Source of the DNA: Scyliorhinus canicula
Lineage: Eukaryota
DNA length: 64,000 nucleotides
Reading direction: 5' to 3'
Assembly: GCF_902713615.1 (NCBI RefSeq)
Contig: NC_052166.1
Location: 66,178,406 to 66,242,405, forward strand
Made by a program: the position numbers and the translations under genes. Position 1 is the stretch's first letter. Each line of letters begins with the position of its first letter. This document shows positions 49,950 through 63,220 of this stretch, in pieces. Under the pieces are notes generated by a model that saw nothing but the letters and a program-made list of their open reading frames with translations, ran no database searches and had not been told where the DNA came from.

Positions 49950-51650
49950 AATGTGTGGGACACCCAACTCTCACTCACTTTTCTCAACTGTTCCACAGTT
50001 GCTGCTTGTCTGCTATGCAGTACTGGGTGAGCAGGAATCTTCTTGAATTTACTATTGAGAAGAGAGAGACCATTGACTTTGTTACCTGCTGCAAACTCTC
50101 TTGCTTAGCTGCCGACTCCAGTCCTCTGCCTGGCAACTGTCTTGAGGCCGAATCATAACTTTTCACTACCTTCATATTTGAACTTCCAGCCAATATGCAC
50201 CATTGCTAAGACCGCATGATTTCTGCTCCTATGACATTATCTGACTTCATCCCTCCTCCATTCCTTTGTTACCTCAGTATTTGACTATTCCAATGCACTC
50301 CTGATCAGCTTCCCACCTTCTACTCTCTAAACTTGAGGTCATCCAAAACTGCTACTCAAGTCCTTGCCTGCGCCAGGTCCTGTTCATCCTTGTGCTCACT
50401 GACCTACATTGTCTCCTGGTTAAGTAAAGCCCTTTAATTTTAAAATTCTAATCTTCGTTTTCAGGTCTCTCCATGGTCTTGACCACCTATTTCTCTGTAA
50501 GCTCTTCCAGTTCCACATTTCTCTGCAAAATCCATAGAACATAGAACATAAAGTGCAGAAGGAGGCCATTCGGCCCATCGAGTCTGCACCGACCCACCTA
50601 AGCCCTCACTTCTACCCTATCCCCGTAACCCAATAACCCCTCCCTAACCTTTTTGGTCACTAAGGGCAATTTAGAATGGCCAATCCACCTAACCTGCATG
50701 TCTTTGGACTGTGGGACGAAACCGGAGCACCCGGAGGAAACCGACGCAGACACGGGGAGAACGCGCAGACTCCGCACAGACAGTGACCCAGCGGGGAATC
50801 GAACCTGGGACCCTGGCGCTGTGAGGCCACAAGCTATCCACTTGTGCTACTGTGCTGCCCATGCTAATCTAATTCTAGCTTCTTGAGCATCCCTGTTTTT
50901 ATTTGCTTCTGTCATTGCCGATTTGTATCTTCAGCTGCCTAGGTCCTAAACTCTGAAATTTACGTCTCCTATATTTCTCTACCTGTCTATCTCCTCCTCC
51001 TCCATGGACAGTAAAGTGGTTTGCATTGCTGTCTCACAGCGCCAGGGACTTTGGTTTGATTCCGACCTTGGGTGACCTTGTCCACGTGGGTTTCCTCCAG
51101 GTACTGTGGGTTCCTCCCACAGTCTAAAGATGTACAGGTTAGGTGGAGTGGCCACGCTAATTTGCCCCTTAGTGTACAAAAGGTGGGGTTACTGGGTTGT
51201 GGGGTTAGGGTTGGGGAATGGACCTAGGCACGGTGCTCTTTCGGAGGGTTGGTGCAGACTCAATGGGCTGAATGGCATCCGCCTGCACTATAGTCATTCT
51301 ACGATTCCTTCAAGATACTCCTGAAAACCTACCTGTTTGACAAAGCTTTTGTCTATTTCCAAAGATGTGCAGGTTAGGTGGATTGGCCATGCTAAATTGC
51401 CCTTAGTGTCCAAAATTGCCCTTAGTGTTAGGTGGGGTTACTGGGTTATGGGGATGGGGTGGAGGTGTGGGCTTGGGTAATGTGCTCTTTCCAAGAGCCG
51501 GTGCAGACTCGATGGGCCGAATGGCCTCCTTCTGCACTGTAAATTCTATGAAATTTGCTCTCGTATCACCTTGAGTGGCTCTGGATCCAATTTTGTTTTA
51601 TATTGTTCCTGTGAAATGCAGAGGGATTTTATTATGTTAAAGGCCAAGGG
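49950..51650 (+). mobile_element. L2-clade LINE 3' relic interleaved with SINEs
   Basis: Relic HxFVTSxFDYSNALL / LEVIQN and LTDLHxL motifs. Confidence 0.6.
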
Positions 51651-51764
51651 GTAGTAATAAATTCAAACATCTGGTAAGTTTTTACCTTTTTCAGACATCA
51701 GGTATGTAGCGGCTGATAATTACTATATATAGATAACTATTGCTGTCATGTTTTTCTATTCCAG

Positions 51765-51938
51765 GGCCCAACTCATCGACTAGATATAACTCCTGTTGAC
51801 ACTGCTGAAAAATTCCATTCAACACTTCACCTGAGTGATCTCTCCACAGATGAAGAGGAGGCTGTACATGGGAAGATGAACGAGTATGAGAAGAAAATTG
51901 ACTGTCTTATGAACCAAGTGGGATCGTTAAAAAATGAA
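51765..51938 (+). CDS. ODF2: ODF2 exon (GPTHRLDITP…LSDLSTDEE…YEKKIDCLMNQVGSLKNE)
   Basis: CAG/GTAAGA boundaries, 174 nt. Conserved LSDLST and KKIDxLM. Confidence 0.93.
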
Positions 51939-52479
51939 GTAAGATTTAGCAACAGCCATGGGAAAATGCTATTTTAAAAGCTGGTAATAAATTGTGTAGT
52001 ATGCCTTCCACTCCATTTATTTGGCTTTTTCTTTTTTGTTATGAATAAGTACCCAATTCATTTTTATTTTTCCCCAGCGTGGCCAATCCACATAACCTGC
52101 ACATCTTTGGGTTGTGGGGTGAGGCCCACGCAGACACTGGGAGAATGTGCAAATTCCACACGGACAGTGACCTGGGGCAAGGGTCAAACCCGGGTCCTTG
52201 GGCGCCATAGGCAGCAGTGATAACCACTGTGTCAACTTGCAGCCCCTTATTTTCCTTTTTTAAAAAAATTTAGAGTAACCAATTATTTTTTTCCAATTAA
52301 GGGGTAATTTAGCATGGCCAATCCGCCTACCATGCACATCTTTGCGTCGTGGGGGTGAAACCCACGCAGAAACGGGGAGAATGTGCAAATTCCACACAGT
52401 GATCCAGAGCCGGGATCGAACCTGGGTCCTCGGTGCAGTAGGCAACAGTGCTAGCCACGGTGCCGCCCTTATTTTTCTT

Positions 52480-52930
52480 TTTTAAAAGATATTTAATTCC
52501 AAATGTAAACAATATTAACAACACATTCCATCAAAACAGAGTTAACAGTTTGTACATTTTTCCTCTTCTAGCCCCCCAACCGACAAACAGCTCCTCAAAT
52601 ATTGTCATGACCAGCGTCCACCGTACCTCAAAGCCCTCTTCGGACCCCCTTCAGATAAATTTTATTTTTTACAACCGGAGAAATCTGTACAGGTCCCCCA
52701 GCCAGGCCGCAACCCCTGATGGTGTATCTGACCTCCGCTTCAAAATAATCCATCGACGGGCAATCAAAGAGGCGAAGGCCATGACATTGGCCACCTTTCC
52801 CTCCAGCGGCTCTGAAACCCCAAAGACCGCCACTATAGGGGTCTGGCTTCACCTCAGCTCCGTCTATCCTTGATAAGGTGGTTCCAAACCGTCTCCCAGA
52901 AGCTTCCCAACCTCTTACAACCCCATACAG
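52480..52930 (-). mobile_element. L1-clade 3'-end relic
   Basis: Similar to the 3' end of the nested L1 at 11378-12457 (AIFG…FASL…WR), degenerate. Confidence 0.6.
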
Positions 52931-53143
52931 ATCTATTTTCAACTATATTTTTTGACTGGTGTTGATTGTGTTTGTTTTTCATCGCCCCATATCTCTTGGG
53001 ATGGGAAGGAAGGCAAATCTCTGATTTTTAACTTTGGTTCTCATTATTGGCAGTAAGCTCAGCCACCTATGTCGTTTTTGTAAGTTGTTATCCCAAAGCC
53101 CCAAATTATCTTCCTCTCTGGTTCTTGTTTTTTTTTTCTTCAG

Positions 53144-53331
53144 ATCGAGCTGAGGAAGAAAAATCACCTGTTGGAACAACGAGAGGAGGAGTTGAATGTG
53201 TCCAAGAGGTTGATTGAAGAGAAAGAGGAGGAATTAGCAGAAGTCACCAAGGAGCTGGTTCTTAGAGAGCACAAGAATGAGCTGCTTCAAAGAGACATTG
53301 AGATGATGAAAGAGGAACCGGATATTTCCTG
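53144..53331 (+). CDS. ODF2: ODF2 exon (coiled coil; IELRKKNHLLEQREEELNVSKRLIEEKEEELAEVTKEL…)
   Basis: Long T tract + CAG acceptor, 188 nt, ends in phase 2 matching the next exon. Confidence 0.88.
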
Positions 53332-54259
53332 GTACAGGATTTGTAACTAATTTTCTCCTTGACTTCTGCTAGGACTAAGATGATGGCACTCTGAGCCATG
53401 AATGTTGCTTTGCAACAGGGGATATATTTGTAGTTGAGCAAAATTGATTGGGTGACTCCCTGGGTGATATAATGAAGTGGACACCCTGGCTAAGAACAGG
53501 TAAAATGTAGATTCAATGGGCTTGCAGAGCCATTGGTGGAATTGAGCCATCCAAAATAAAGATATTGGGGTGAAATTGATTTTTGGCGAAAGCATGAATT
53601 AAAAAAAATTAATTAGATGTCTCCCAAATTTCTTTTAAACAACGGACCCCTCAAATAACAGAAAAAATGGTGCAAAATCGGCACAGACAGAACAAGAGTA
53701 ATTTCCAGCATAAATAGAAGCAAAACTGTACAGAATAGATTCTGAACAGGAAATTTGAGGGACCAGAGCCTCTCGCTTAAATTCTGGATCAATCCGGCAG
53801 CAAGTTAGCACAGTGGGTGGGGGCAGGGAGGGAGCGGGAATCATATTAATGCAGAGGCAAAGTATTGCGATTCAGACTAACAACAAAAGATGAATTGAAT
53901 TGAAATTAGAAGAATTTGCTCATATAAAGCCGAACAGGAGCATGTCAGCCAAAGTGGAACCTATGAATTACCATCTGTTACTGGGCGGAATACGGCCTTT
54001 TGGCCAAGTCATTGGCCATCAGCCAACCAATCAAATCCGAGTCCCATCCCTCCGGTGCCACCGAGCCTGAGCTCTGTTGTCCAAAACTATCACCATATAT
54101 AATAATAATAATGATCCTTATTAGTAATAATCTTTATTGTCACAAGTAGGCTTACATTAACACTGCAATGAAGTTACTGTGAAAAGCCCCTAGTACCCAC
54201 ATTCTGGCACCTGTTCGGGTACATTGAGGGAAAATTCAGAATGTCCAATTCACCTAATT

Positions 54260-54915
54260 TACCCCCTCTAATTCTAAGGCTGTGCCCACGGGTCCTCGTC
54301 TCCTCGCCTAACGGAAACAGTTTCTTTGCGTCCACCCTTTCTAAGCCATGTATTATCTTGTAAGTTTCTATTAGATCTCCCCTACCTTCTAAACTCCAAT
54401 GAATACAATCCCAGGATCCTCAGCCGTTCATCATATGTTAGACCCGCCATTCCAGGGATCATCTGTGTGAATCTCCGCTGGACACGCTCCAGTGCCAGTA
54501 TGTCCTTCCTGAGATGTGGGGCCCAAAACTGGACACAGTACTCCAAATGGGGCCTAACCAGAGCCTTATAAAGGCTCAATAGCACATCGCTGCTTTTATA
54601 TTCCAACCCTCTTGAGATAAATGACAACATTGCATTCGCTTTCTTAATCACAGATTCAACCTGCATGTTTACCTTTAGGGAATCCTCGACTAGCACTCCC
54701 AGATCCCTTTGTACTTTGGCATTATGAATTTTCTCACCGTTTAGAAAGTAGTCTATGCTTGGATTCTTTTTTCCAAAGTGCAAGACCTCACATTTTCTCA
54801 CGTTGAATTGCATCAGCCATTTCCTGCACCACTCTCCCAAACTGTCTAGATCCTTCTGCAGCCTCCCCACTTCCTCAGCACTACCTGCCTGACCACCTAA
54901 CTTCGTATCATCGTT
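54260..54915 (-). mobile_element. Relatively young CR1-clade LINE fragment (RT C-terminus)
   Basis: ORF 54382-54870: LQKDLDSLGEW…WLMQFNVRKCEVLHFG…LYKALVRPHLEYCVQFWAPHLRKD. Confidence 0.9.
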
Positions 54916-54929
54916 TTATAGTTCATCAT

Positions 54930-56140
54930 AGTTCGAAGGGGACGTTCCTCATCAAGACTGAGAACCAATCGGATTAACTCTATGGCCACAATGCCTTTAC
55001 CAACTGGATACCTTCTCCAGAATATAGAAAAGAAAAGAAAGGCCAACAAGGAAATGGGAATCTAATGCACCTTCCGCATTTTACACCCATCCATAAAGAC
55101 CTGTATCCATCAGCAGGACCCCTTCGGCAATGATGCCACTGAGTCCTGCCATGATTAATGTTTGGATGCTAAAAGAAAGATGACGGATAATAAGCACACG
55201 GCATATCTACCATGACTAATATAAGATAATACAATAAGCATCCCCGAAACACTCCAGGAGAAGCAGAAGACATTCAATCAATGCACATATAATAGCAACT
55301 CCCTTTAACAGGACGATTATATCAGACAACACCATGATAGGGCAAGAGTCCAGATTAGAGCTCAAGTTGGTCCGAGTTGCAAGCCATTAATCCAAATCCT
55401 TGCCCCTCATGGATTGAATCAAAGCCAAGGTCAGATTATCGAACGACTTGACAAGAGTTGTCGGATACAATATTCAGGGTCACAGGATAAAGCATAACAT
55501 AGCTCCAGCAGCCTTGAGTTGCCTTCAAACTTAATTGAAGCCTCGTCGCTTGTCCTGGAAGAAGGAAATCCTCACTCCTTCATGGAGCCAGGCCTCGCCT
55601 CCCTTTACCGTCTCCAGGACCTTCTGGTGAGTTTGAAGGTTGTGGAAGCGAATGATTAAGGGCCTGAGATTAAAAACCGTTCCTTGGCCTCAAAAGATCA
55701 GGTACGATGCACCCTTTCTAATTTGAAACGCCCAGCCTTTGCATCAGCTTGAGTTGAACCTAACGGGTGCCTTACCCTCCACAACTTCTGGCAGACCAAC
55801 AATTTGGACATTCTCTCTCCGACCTCTATTCTCCAGGACCTCTGCCATGCCACTTAGCCGGTTTTTCAAGGACTGAATTCTTGCCTCCGCAGAGGCAGCA
55901 GCATGTTCAACTTACAGGAGTCTCTCCTCCATATCATCAAGCCGCTTAATTGTGTTTTGCAACTCGGACTCGTGAGCACATAGAACACACCGGATAACGT
56001 TGGCAGTCAACATTTTCGCCACTTCCAAGAGACCCCTGGAGAGCACTGGGTTGAGAGACCTTCCGAGGATCAGGCTACCATATTAAGAGGACAGCTGAAT
56101 CCGACTAAAATCAATTATAAATTTGGCTGAAGCTAGGAAG
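54930..56140 (-). mobile_element. Degenerate L1-like 5' region (ORF1/endonuclease relic)
   Basis: Relic ERVHRT / IIRFHNLQ (ORF1-like) and WNTRG…KRxKV (EN-like) fragments. Confidence 0.45.
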
Positions 56141-57644
56141 AACAAAGGCTGATTCATTGGGCTAATTAATGTGTAGGTGGATAATACTTGAATGTTTTAG
56201 TTAAGTCCTGAGGCTGTTGCTATTTACAATGTATCAAGTGACTTGAAAGCAGGAAATTAAATCCTAAGTTTGCAATGGGAGGTACTGCAAACGGCAGAAA
56301 ATAAGCTGGTCGGATACAAAAGGACAGGGTGGATTGACTGATAAATGGCAAATATCGTCTGACAACAATAATACTACAAGAACATTATAAAACAAAAAAT
56401 AACACTGGGCTACATTAGGAGGTATTGGGTCAAATAACCAAGATCTTGGGCAAAGGGGTAGGTTTTAGAAATGTTTTACGGGCGGAAAGCAAGGTAGAGA
56501 GGTGGGAGGAGGGAATTCTACAACCTACGCAGGGAAGACACATAATGGATTCAGTCTTTCTATATTTAATTGGATGCAGCACTGTGGTTAACACTGCTGC
56601 ATCATTGTGCCAGGGACATGGTTTCGATTCCGGCCTTGGGTGACTGCATGGGTTTCCTCTGGGTGCTGCGGTTTCCTCCCATGGCCCAAAGATGTGCAGG
56701 TTGGGTAGATTGGCCGTGCAAAATTTGTCCCTTGGTGTCCAAATATGTGCAGGTTGGGTGGGATTATGGGGATAGGGCAAGGGAGTGGGCCTAGGTAGGG
56801 TGCTCTTTCAGAGAGTCAGTGCAGACTCAATGGGCCAAATGGCCTCCTGCGCTGTAGGGTTTCTATGCATTCTACATTTCTGCTCACCCAGTATTGGATG
56901 TTGGATAAGCAGTCTAATAATATACTCTTATTAGTGTCACAAGTAGGCTTATATTAACACTGCAATGAAGTTACTGTGAAAATCCCGTAGTTACAGTCCC
57001 TGGCGCTGTGAAGCAACAGTGCTAACCGCTGCTACCATGCTGCCCTCCGAAAAATTTGATGTCAGAGAGCCAACGCAAATAATGCTTGATGTAAATTGAT
57101 GATATACTGAGGGGATTAAGAAAATACCTGTAAATACCATCACAGTCCCAGAGGACCTTAGCTACACTCCCCTTGAGAGCTGACGTGTGGTCGGGGACAA
57201 TGTATAGAAGGTGGGGCCCTTGTGAATAATATCAGCCGGTATGGGAATTGAACCCACATTGTTGGTATTGCTCCACATCACAAACCAGCCATCCAGCTAA
57301 CTGAGCGAAACAAAAATGCCTGTAGACATCGGATGTTGCTTATTTGCATTTCACAAAGACATAGCAGAAGTGGAGAAATTGAGAGAAGTGGCGGTAAGGT
57401 AGCACTGGGTGTCATGAACATACATGTGCAGACTTAATGCCATGTTTACAGTTGATGTCATTGAGGGGTAGCATGTCGATGAGAAACAGGGGGCCAAGGA
57501 TAGATCCTTGGGGAATACCAGAGGTAACTGTCTAGGAGCAGGAAGATAAGCTATTGAAGTGATACTTTGGCTATGGTAAGATTAGAATTGAACCTTGTGA
57601 GAGAAGTTCCATCTAGGTGGTCAACAGTGGAGAGATGTTGGAGA

Positions 57645-57785
57645 TGGATAAAAGCAAATTACTGAGGATGCTGCAATCTGAAACAAAAACAGAAAATACT
57701 GGACAATTCAGCAGGTCTGACAGCATCTGGAGAGAGAAGGGAGCTAATGTTTATAGTCCAGTTGACACTTTCAGTGTCAAAGACT
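57645..57785. mobile_element. Penelope-like-derived dispersed repeat (GATGCTGGAAATCTGAAATAAAAACAG family); relatives at 27715-27872, 39470-39740, 43320-43410, 61245-61345
   Basis: Multiple dispersed, partly palindromic copies; some retain degenerate CTGANGA/GAAA pieces. Confidence 0.5.
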
Positions 57786-58190
57786 GCAAACCGGTCAAGA
57801 AGAATGAAGAGGGCTAATTTACCTATTTTGCAGTCACATAATGTAAGGAGAAAAATAACAATTTTCAGAATATATAAGCAATAATTAAGCAATATAAAAT
57901 ATATAAGCAATAAACAATCTGAAAATTATTGAGGTTTTTTAAAATTTAAAGTACCCAATTTTTTTCCCAATTAAGGGACAATTTAGCGTGGCCAATCCAC
58001 CTAGCCTGCACATCTTTGGGTTGTGGGGGCGAAACCTTCACAAACATGGGGATAATGTGCAAACTCCACACGGACAGTGACCTGGGCCGATTTGAACCTG
58101 GAACCTTGTTGCCCTGAGACAGCAGTGCTAACCACTGCACCACCAGGCTGTCCTTCCTCTCCTTTGCTTACTTGTCTTCCGAAATCTCAA

Positions 58191-58345
58191 TGGCTGGAAT
58201 TTTCTGGCTGTTTATATTGGCGGTGCACCCCCGCTACAGGTTCCTGGAGGCGAGAGTGCATTCAACGCAAAGCCTGTTTGACAGTGGCGGGAGCAGAAAA
58301 TTCTACCTCTGAAATAAGCAGCAGATTGCGTGGAAAATCCCGCCC
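58191..58345. mobile_element. Short MITE-like element with imperfect TIRs (TGGCTGGAATTTTC / GGAAAATCCCGCCC)
   Basis: GC-richer 155-bp island with imperfect terminal inverted repeats in AT-rich intron; family not determined. Confidence 0.5.
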
Positions 58346-58453
58346 ATAATCTTTGTTTCATTTCTGCTTCATATCCACTTCTGTCTTGCTTTAAAATAAT
58401 ACAATTTAAAATGTCTTGCCACACATATTATCACTTCTGCTTGTTGTTCACAG

Positions 58454-58583
58454 CTTAGAAAAGAAGCCCTGGCGGAAAGATCAGGACACCTTGTTGAAAA
58501 TGCTGGTTGAGGCTGAGTTGGATGGGGCAGCTGCAGCCAAACAGGTTGCAGCCCTGCGCAGTGCCATCAGTAAATTGCGCACG
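58454..58583 (+). CDS. ODF2: ODF2 exon (…LLKMLVEAELDGAAAAKQVAALRSAISKLRT)
   Basis: CAG/GTGAGT boundaries, 130 nt. Diagnostic LVEAExDGAAAAKQV motif. Confidence 0.95.
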
Positions 58584-59559
58584 GTGAGTACAATATTTAT
58601 TTTACCCTTCCAGCTTGCATTTTGATGCCTTTCATCCTGGCACATCCCATATTGCTAATGGGGAACTGCAAATGCTGAACACGTGAAACAAAATTGATTG
58701 TCAGAAAGGTTAAATGTTTTTACATGATCCTTCATGTGATTTGATAAATCTGTCCTTCTCATCACCTGCCAATTTCCATTGTTTTCTTTTTTACTTGGGT
58801 GTTTCTTTAATAGCGTTTTATTGCCAGAACTAAAAAGTTTCTAAAACATGTAGCATTAAGTATGTATAGAGCTCCGAGACAAGGAGGTAAAAGAGAAGAA
58901 TGTCACGGCTATCTTTGTGAACAATTTTGAAGCTAAATCTATTGGTTTAGTGATTACCCATGTGTTTTTGCCTTGTGCTGTCCAAGAGGACTGTATCACC
59001 GATCAGCATCAGTATGGTCCTGCAAAGAATTGGGTTAAAACCAAAACCACTGTTTACCTGGAGAGTACTGTTGGGAGACTGGATCAGGCAATTCAGCATT
59101 AAGATTGTTGAAGTTAGGGCAGCACGGTGGCGCAGTGGGTTAGCACTGTGGCCTCACGGCGCTGAGGTCCCAGGTTCGATCCCGGCTCTGGGTCACTGAC
59201 CGTGTGATGTTTGCACATTCTCCCCGTGTCTGCGTGGGTTTCGCCCCCACAACCCAAAAATGTGCCAGCTAGGTGGATTGGCCACGCTAAATTGCCCCTT
59301 AATTGGAAAAAATGAATTGGGTACTCTAAATTTATAAAAAGAATTTAAAAAAAAAAAAGATTGTTGAAGAACTGGGCGGTACAGTGGCGCAGTGGTTAGC
59401 ACTGCTGCCTCACGGCACTGGGGACCCGGGTTTGATCCTGGCCCCGGGTCACTATCCATATGGAGTTTGCACATTCTCCCCATGTCTGCGTGGGTCTCAC
59501 CCCCACAACCCAAAGGTGTGCAGCGTAGGTGGATTGGCTACCCTCAAATAAAAAAACGA

Positions 59560-59800
59560 TTCTAATCACTATCCGCTTTATATCTTTATTTTACAACTTT
59601 GCACGCCTCTGAAACCTCCCTTGATCAACAACGTTACCCCACCTCCTTTCCCCTTTGGTCTGTTCCGTTGGAAAGTTGAGCACCCATCTTGATCACCCTG
59701 CAACCATGTTTTTGTAATAGCTAATACACCAAACCCCTATGTTGTAATCTGAGCTTTCAACTCCTCTTGTTGAAAATGCTTCAAGCATTCAGATAAAGAA
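59560..59800 (-). mobile_element. CR1 ORF2 endonuclease relic
   Basis: Minus strand reads VLAITKTWLQGDQDG, like the AITETWL motif. Confidence 0.55.
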
Positions 59801-60682
59801 CATATAGCTTTGATTTTTTTTTTTTACAGTTATTTACACCTCTGGATTTACTGTGTTGCATATTGTAGGTTTATGTTACCTGCTCCAGCTTGTCACACTG
59901 TGACCATCAAGTTCTTCTTCGCTATTCTGCACCATGCTCTATCACATACCCCTCATTTTTTAAATCTTCCGTTCTTGGACCCTCTCCTCCCCCTAGTTAG
60001 GTCTCTTCTTTGAGTCCTTGGTGCAATATAATGTTCGTATGATCTGTCGATCTTTTTGAGTGTTGTTGGAGCTGTACTCACCCAGGCAAGGGAAATTATG
60101 ATTGATACATTACCTGTTAATTATGTGGCAGAGCACAAGAGGATGCATTTGCTAGCCTATTAGAGGAGATCACTAAGAAATGGTGGGTGATGTGATGATT
60201 CTGTTAGAAGCGAGGATGAGCAACAATAAATAAGCAATTATGATTTTGTGGGAAGAGTTCCCCAGCAGTTTTGTGGTGACCGTGGAGAATAATTATTTTC
60301 CCCTAGAAAGTTGAATACTGCATTATGAACTTGCTTAATACTGAGTACAGGTATACTGTTCGCCATTGCTCAGAAACAGTTGAAAGCAGACTTGGCTGTG
60401 TGATTTTTCTTAATGCAAATTTCTAACATTGGCTGTGTCATTTTGATTGAGGAAAGGAAGAATTGAGAGGGGATAAAAAGCTTTGCATTTGTAATGTGCC
60501 TTTCAGGATCACTGGACGTCACAGAGTGCTTTACAGCCAATTTTAGCACATTTGAAGTGGGATTACTATTTTGACATAGGAACTGTATAAGAGGATGACT
60601 CAGTGTATTTTTCAGGGTCTTTTCGAATGAGTTGCTCCTCCATATGCATCTGTAGCAACTTCACATTTTTCTATATTTTAAG

Positions 60683-60814
60683 GAGAAGCCAATATCTATG
60701 TCAGAAAGTAATCTGCTATCGCGGCAGAAGGAGTTGTTACTGCAGAAACTGGAAACCTTTGACGCAACAAATCGATCGGTTCGGCAGCTACTTAAGGAAC
60801 ATCATTCTCAGGAG
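60683..60814 (+). CDS. ODF2: ODF2 exon (EKPISMSESNLLSRQKELLLQKLETFDATNRSVRQLLKEHHSQE)
   Basis: AAG/GTGAGG boundaries, 132 nt. Conserved RQKELLLQKL. Confidence 0.93.
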
Positions 60815-61703
60815 GTGAGGTTTTAACAGTCTCGGGGTAATTTTGATTTTGTTCTGTAGCGTATTCAATTGAAAAGCTTTCTGAAGATTTCACTTTATTG
60901 TTTGGATTTCGATTATCGTTTCAGATCATTTGACGTATCTAAGGTGACTTTTTAAAAAACTGTCAACAAAAGCTCAGTGGTAGCGCTCCCGCCTCCAAAT
61001 TCGATGTAGTCATGGGTGGGTTGAAGTCGTACCACAACACTTTTGAGTACAATCCAGGCTCATTGTTCAGTTCAATACTGAAGGAGTGGAAGGCCATCAG
61101 AAGTTCTGTCTTTCAGATCAGACTTAATCCTGCCTACCCTCGGATGGGCACACAAGATTTTGTGGCACCATTTTGAAGAGCAAGGGAGTTCATCCCAGGA
61201 TCCTGACCAATATTTATCCCTCAAAACCCATCACTAAAACTGAATCAAAAGCAGAATGGTACAGATGCTGAAAATCTGAAATAAAACCAGAAAATATTGG
61301 AAATACGTCGCAAGCCTGGTAGTATTTGTGGAGACAGAAAATGGATTATCTAAAAGTGATTATGTAAAATCTAAAACTGAGTATATTATTACATTGCTGT
61401 GTGGGAGCTTGCTGTGTAAATACCGGCTGCTTTGTTTCTTTCATTACAACAGTGACTACATTGCAGACGTACAGGTGTCTTGGGACATCCACGAGTCTTT
61501 TTAAAATTATTTTTAAATGGGCTTTCAAAACCTGAAAGGATTTCTTTTAACTGTTTCCAATGCATGTTTACATCGTATCTTGTTCATATCGTGGTTGCAG
61601 CATATTCATTTCACAGAATGCTGGCAAAGAACCATTTTGTTCAGGTCTTTCAGTGTATTTAGATAGAGCTGCATTGTATAATTTCCCCTTATCTTGTTAA
61701 CAG

Positions 61704-61778
61704 ACTGACGCCTCGAGGCTGCTTGAGCAAAAGGAAGCACTCCTTGAAAAGCTGGCCCAGTCAGAAGCAGAAAATGCA
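61704..61778 (+). CDS. ODF2: ODF2 exon (TDASRLLEQKEALLEKLAQSEAENA)
   Basis: CAG/GTGAGT boundaries, 75 nt, phase 0. Confidence 0.88.
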
Positions 61779-62689
61779 GTGAGTGGAGCTGATTGCACTT
61801 TGGTGATGTTGTATGTGGGTTGGGGAAAGCGAATGACACCTGGGTCCTGCTTATTCAGAGTGATATGGATTGTGCCCTCAGAAATAGCTCGTTAGGTGAA
61901 ACAAAATGTATTTCCCAGCAGCTCCACCATTGGATAATCCCTTGGACACTTGTATGTGCATGTGTGAGAAATAGTTTCAACTGTATTGCCACCCATGTTC
62001 AAGGAGCCTGCCAAGGCACGCACATGAACAATTCTTAGTTGGGTGAGGGAGAGGCTGATTCCTGTAGAGAAATCAAGGTATAACTATTATCAAGGATAAT
62101 AAAATGCCTATGATCACACTAGAGGTATACTGCAATAGCTTTCATTTATCTAGCACCTCAAATATAGCAAAATAACCCAAGGCATAATCGCACTAAAATG
62201 GTCAACTGGACTAAGGAAGAGGACAGTGGTAACAGTGACTAAAATCTTGGTCAGAAACATTTTTTAAAATATATTTTATTCCAACCCCCCCACAAACATG
62301 TCAACGTAGCACAAAATAAACAAAGTACATACAGATTCCAATCTGGGGAAGAAACAGTCACCTTCCACTCTCCTCACACTTTATCCATCAAAGTCCCCCA
62401 TTAATTGGATAAAAAGATCCAAAACTGGCACCTCAAGGCAGGAACCACCTTGTGTGCGACCGATCAAATCATGGTCACCACCGGAAGTCCCTTGGTCAGA
62501 CACACAAAAGAGTAATTTACATGCATAGCAATATATCTATATTTAAATGGTACCACTGTAAATATGTAATGTAAGGACCTGAAAACTGGCAGTCAGGAGA
62601 TTAATGCATCACATACACAGGTATACAGAAAACATGGATATTCTGAAACCTCATAAGTTGTATTTAATTTTTTTCATGCCACTGTTCAG

Positions 62690-62761
62690 CGCTTGTCAAT
62701 GAAACTGCAGGAGATTGAAAATCAGATTGACCAACTCCATATTCAGTATCAAACAGAAAAG
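62690..62761 (+). CDS. ODF2: ODF2 exon (RLSMKLQEIENQIDQLHIQYQTEK); gene continues beyond the window
   Basis: CAG/GTGAGT boundaries, 72 nt, phase 0, coiled-coil composition. Confidence 0.87.
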
Positions 62762-62864
62762 GTGAGTGTGCAGTGGTGAGGGGAGGGGTTGAAGTAGCAT
62801 CACTGAAGTGAGCTGACTGTTTTCTCTTTATAATGTATTGTATTCGATCCCATGTCCTATTTTA

Positions 62865-63220
62865 GGGTCTATCCTATGAAGAGAGATTGAGCAGTTTAGG
62901 CCTATACTCTCTCGAGTTTAGAAGAATGAGAGGAGATCTAATTGAGGTGTATAAGATGATGGGTGTTGACAAAGTTGATGTGCATTGGCTGTTGCCTCCT
63001 TTGGGGCAATCTGGAACAAGAGGTTATTGTTTTAGGATGAGGGGTAGCAAATTTAGAACATGAGAAGGAAATACTTCTCAAAAGAGTCTCAAATCTGTGG
63101 AATTCAGTACCCCAGAGTGCAGTGGATGCCAGGACAGATTTTTAAATTAGAAATGGCTTGAAGGGTTATGGAGAATGGGCAACAAAGTGGGGTGAATGAC
63201 CTCCTTCTGCTCCTAGTTTT
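62865..63220 (+). mobile_element. CR1-clade LINE 3' end
   Basis: LSYEERLSSLGLYSLEFRRMRGDLIEVYKMM and tail. Confidence 0.8.
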